Source of the DNA: Promethearchaeota archaeon
GTDB lineage: Archaea > Asgardarchaeota > Lokiarchaeia > Sigyniarchaeales > SOKP01
Assembly (NCBI GenBank): GCA_016926735.1
Contig: JAFGOA010000045.1
Span: 1 to 10,150 of the forward strand
Direction of reading: 5' to 3'
DNA: 10,150 nucleotides
Shown in pieces: positions 7,661 to 10,150 of the stretch (positions are counted from its first letter, which is position 1; every line of letters begins with the position of its first letter). Made by a program: the position numbers and the translations under genes. A model generated the notes under the pieces. That model ran no database searches, had not been told where the DNA came from, and saw only the letters and a program-made list of their open reading frames with translations.

Positions 7661-8509
7661 TCATTCATATAATTTAAGATCTTTTAGGATTAAATTTATC
7701 TTAGAAAAAAAGCCGGTTATCATACTCAATTCCTTTTTTGACATAAAATTTCTTTCAAAAATATTTCTAAAGGCTATAAAAGCATTATTTTTTTTATGTT
7801 TTCGAATTTTTAAAATTTCGATTATATTTTCTATAAATTGATATAATATTTTTCTATCTTCTCTATCAGCTAATAAAACAGGATTTTTTCCCCGTCCTAT
7901 ATTTATAAAATTGATTTTTTTAAAGATTTCATATAATATAATTCCGCAAGCATGAGATAAATTTAATGTTGGATATATAGAACTTGTTGGAATTCTTAAT
8001 GATATATCCGTTAGTAGCAATTCCTCATTGGTAAGTCCTCTCGATTCTTTTCCAAATAATAATGCTATCTTGAGAGGTTTTTCTGTAATTGGTATATGAA
8101 AATCTTCTGGAAATATTGACAATCGATTTAAATTAGAATAGTGCGTACCTTTTGCTGTTGTTCCTAAAACTAAGTCGAATTCTTTTAAATATTGGTTAAG
8201 TATTTCTATATGATTTCTACTTTCATTAATTTCTATTATATTTGATTTGAATAAAATATCCTTACCATGCATAGCATATCCTTGTGTTTCATAACTATAT
8301 ATTTCTTCATTAGATACTTTAGGATTGAATAAAATCAAATTATTGAAATTGAAATTCTTCATTATTCTACAAATCGAACCAATATTTCCTGAATTTTCTG
8401 GTTGAATCAGAATTATAGAAAAAATTAAATTTTTGTAAATTTCATTTAAATGAGTTTCTTTGAATTTTTCTAAATCTCTGTATTTTCTTTTCTTATCCAA
8501 ATTATACAC
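7661..8509 (-). CDS. trmJ: SPOUT tRNA (cytidine/uridine-32 2'-O)-methyltransferase, TrmJ family
   Basis: IILIQPENSGNIGSICRIMKNF, AMHG, GTTA, ALLFGKESRGLTNEEL, RIPTSSIYPTLNLSHACGIILYE, followed by a TrmJ-like helical C-terminal domain. Confidence 0.9.
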   Translation of the reverse strand: MYNLDKKRKYRDLEKFKETHLNEIYKNLIFSIILIQPENSGNIGSICRIMKNFNFNNLILFNPKVSNEEIYSYETQGYAMHGKDILFKSNIIEINESRNHIEILNQYLKEFDLVLGTTAKGTHYSNLNRLSIFPEDFHIPITEKPLKIALLFGKESRGLTNEELLLTDISLRIPTSSIYPTLNLSHACGIILYEIFKKINFINIGRGKNPVLLADREDRKILYQFIENIIEILKIRKHKKNNAFIAFRNIFERNFMSKKELSMITGFFSKINLILKDLKLYE

Positions 8510-8718
8510 TCTTTTTTCAAGATATTTCTCTATTAAATTAATTTATTAATTAGAATAAACTCTTTGTTTTATACGAATCTGATATTATCTCTTTAAATAA
8601 AAAGAAAGAAGTAATAGGGTTAAAGACAATAATATTGTCTAAAAAATTTATATTTAAATTTATTTTATAGAATATTTGTTTCTAATATTTAAAATAGGAA
8701 TTTAAATATAAATTTAAT

Positions 8719-9177
8719 ATGATATTTCCTTTTAAAGAATTTCTGAAAAAATATGGCTTAGAAGATTTAGAAAACTCATTAGTTCTTGATCCTTCTATAA
8801 AAATAGAATTTCTTAAAGATCTAAATAAAATTATGAAAATAATTAATAAAATTTTTGATAAACTTACAAACATATCTTCATTAAGAGGAGGACAAATATT
8901 AATGGCATTGGCTAAATTAGAAACTTTAGAAGAAGTTATAAATAAGGCAGATATAATGAGGTCTTTGAATATTGATAGAAGAGAAAAACTTTATCATGCT
9001 TTTGATTATTTAAAAGAACAAAATTATATTGAAATCATCGAAAAATCCCCTAAATTCCATATTATTAAATTAAATATAGATAATAATCCAGATCTATTAT
9101 TATTTAAAGAAATTGTCGGAAAATATTGGAGAAGTCCAGAAGAAAATAAATTAAAAGTAAATAAATGGAGAAAATGA
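8719..9177 (+). CDS. Winged-helix DNA-binding domain protein (putative regulator)
   Basis: LRGGQILMALAK...INKADIMRSLNIDRREKLYHAFDYLKEQNYIEIIEKSPKFHIIKL has the helix-HTH-wing order of a wHTH. Divergent from trmJ. Confidence 0.65.
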   Translation: MIFPFKEFLKKYGLEDLENSLVLDPSIKIEFLKDLNKIMKIINKIFDKLTNISSLRGGQILMALAKLETLEEVINKADIMRSLNIDRREKLYHAFDYLKEQNYIEIIEKSPKFHIIKLNIDNNPDLLLFKEIVGKYWRSPEENKLKVNKWRK

Positions 9178-10049
9178 GAAAAGAAATACCTGAAGAAAAA
9201 TCAAATATTCCTGATTCAGAAAATCAAGAGTTTAATTCTTTCCTAGAGGAATTAATGAAGAGGGAGTTTATAGACACATTAAAAGTACGAGCATTTGTAT
9301 TAATAAGTATAATTTTGTATGCTATTATGGCATTTTATTTATTTCCATATGTATTATCCGGTGAATTATATATATATGAAAGCACCTTCATAGAAATTAT
9401 ATATATTTCTTTAAATTGGACTCTTATTATCGTTTTCGCTTATCTTCTTTTTCTTTTTGTCAAATTATATTTTTATCGATCTATAAAAAGATTTGTGCAT
9501 TATATAAAAAAAGATGTTTTTTCTTTAGGATTTACTCTTAAAAATCTACATATAGGATTAAATTCCTTTATTATTATAAATATAGCTTTTTATTTTTTTT
9601 GTATTATATGCAGAGAATTAATATATTCATTAGCTCGTACTAATTATTTCTTTATTTTTTTATTTTTTATTATTTTTTTGATATTATGCGTGTTTTTACC
9701 AGTTATATTTGGATTTTATCAATTTAAAATAAAAATACCTTTAAAGAATAAAAAACATTTGAAAGTCAATTTTAGATTTAAATACTCGGTTATTTATGAT
9801 GAGTATGATGATATTTTTTTATACTTGAGAACTAACAGAGTATGTTTAAAATTAAAAAAAATCAAATCGAAAAATTATCAAGAAATTTCCAAAAAAAACT
9901 GGTTTCCTCAATATGGTAGATTTAAATTTTTAACAAAAGTTAATATTTTCCATTATTTCTTTGAATTTTCTACACCGATTAATTTTCAAAATAAAATATT
10001 AAATTTATTACTAGCATTGAAGGATTGGGAAAAATTTGAGAAGAACTAA
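9174..10049 (+). CDS. Hypothetical integral membrane protein (about 4 TM helices, basic C-terminal soluble domain)
   Basis: Four hydrophobic segments (AFVLISIILYAIMAFYLF; IIYISLNWTLIIVFAYLLFLFV; IGLNSFIIINIAFYFFCII; FFIFLFFIIFLILCVFLPVIF). ATG 9174 forms an ATGA overlap with the upstream stop and has GGAG at 9167-9170. Alternative start at 9165. Confidence 0.75.
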   Translation: MRKEIPEEKSNIPDSENQEFNSFLEELMKREFIDTLKVRAFVLISIILYAIMAFYLFPYVLSGELYIYESTFIEIIYISLNWTLIIVFAYLLFLFVKLYFYRSIKRFVHYIKKDVFSLGFTLKNLHIGLNSFIIINIAFYFFCIICRELIYSLARTNYFFIFLFFIIFLILCVFLPVIFGFYQFKIKIPLKNKKHLKVNFRFKYSVIYDEYDDIFLYLRTNRVCLKLKKIKSKNYQEISKKNWFPQYGRFKFLTKVNIFHYFFEFSTPINFQNKILNLLLALKDWEKFEKN

Positions 10050-10150
10050 TTATGATTAATTATCATTTGAGTGATTAATACTAGTTTTTTTTTACATTAT
10101 TCTAATGGAAAACTTGGAAAAGGTACTAATTTAAATTTTATTTTAAAAAA

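Noticed and set aside
5770-8514. 11-mer AAAGAGTGTAT at 5770-5780 (+) and 8504-8514 (-) as possible element ends
   Set aside because: No transposase or integrase and no target duplication seen; one copy overlaps the trmJ start codon; chance is likely at this AT content.
8682-8873. 63-aa minus-strand ORF
   Set aside because: Mostly antisense to the wHTH gene; composition typical of a shadow ORF.
1-10150. CRISPR array, tRNA, rRNA or IS element
   Set aside because: No regularly spaced repeats, no GC-rich structured island and no transposase motifs were seen.

Overview
Very AT-rich archaeal chromosomal window. An archaeal TBP, an archaeal-type TrmJ, a longin/roadblock-like protein and a stand-alone cyclin/TFB-fold protein suggest an Asgard archaeon (Lokiarchaeia/Promethearchaeota-like); this taxonomy is inference. 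Gene order: tbp(+), HeH/SAP-coiled-coil-winged-helix protein(+), msrA(-), soluble LacI-type sugar-binding-domain histidine kinase(+), longin-like protein(-), small hypothetical(-), RHH-winged-helix regulator(-), divergent cyclin/TFB-like protein(+), trmJ(-), winged-helix protein(+) coupled to a 4-TM membrane protein(+). I found no rRNA, tRNA, CRISPR or transposase. The best candidate for an undescribed system is the divergent RHH / cyclin-fold module, whose intergenic region carries inverted repeats and which lies next to the longin-like gene. Domain calls for hypothetical proteins are by-eye motif recognition and need HMM or structure confirmation.
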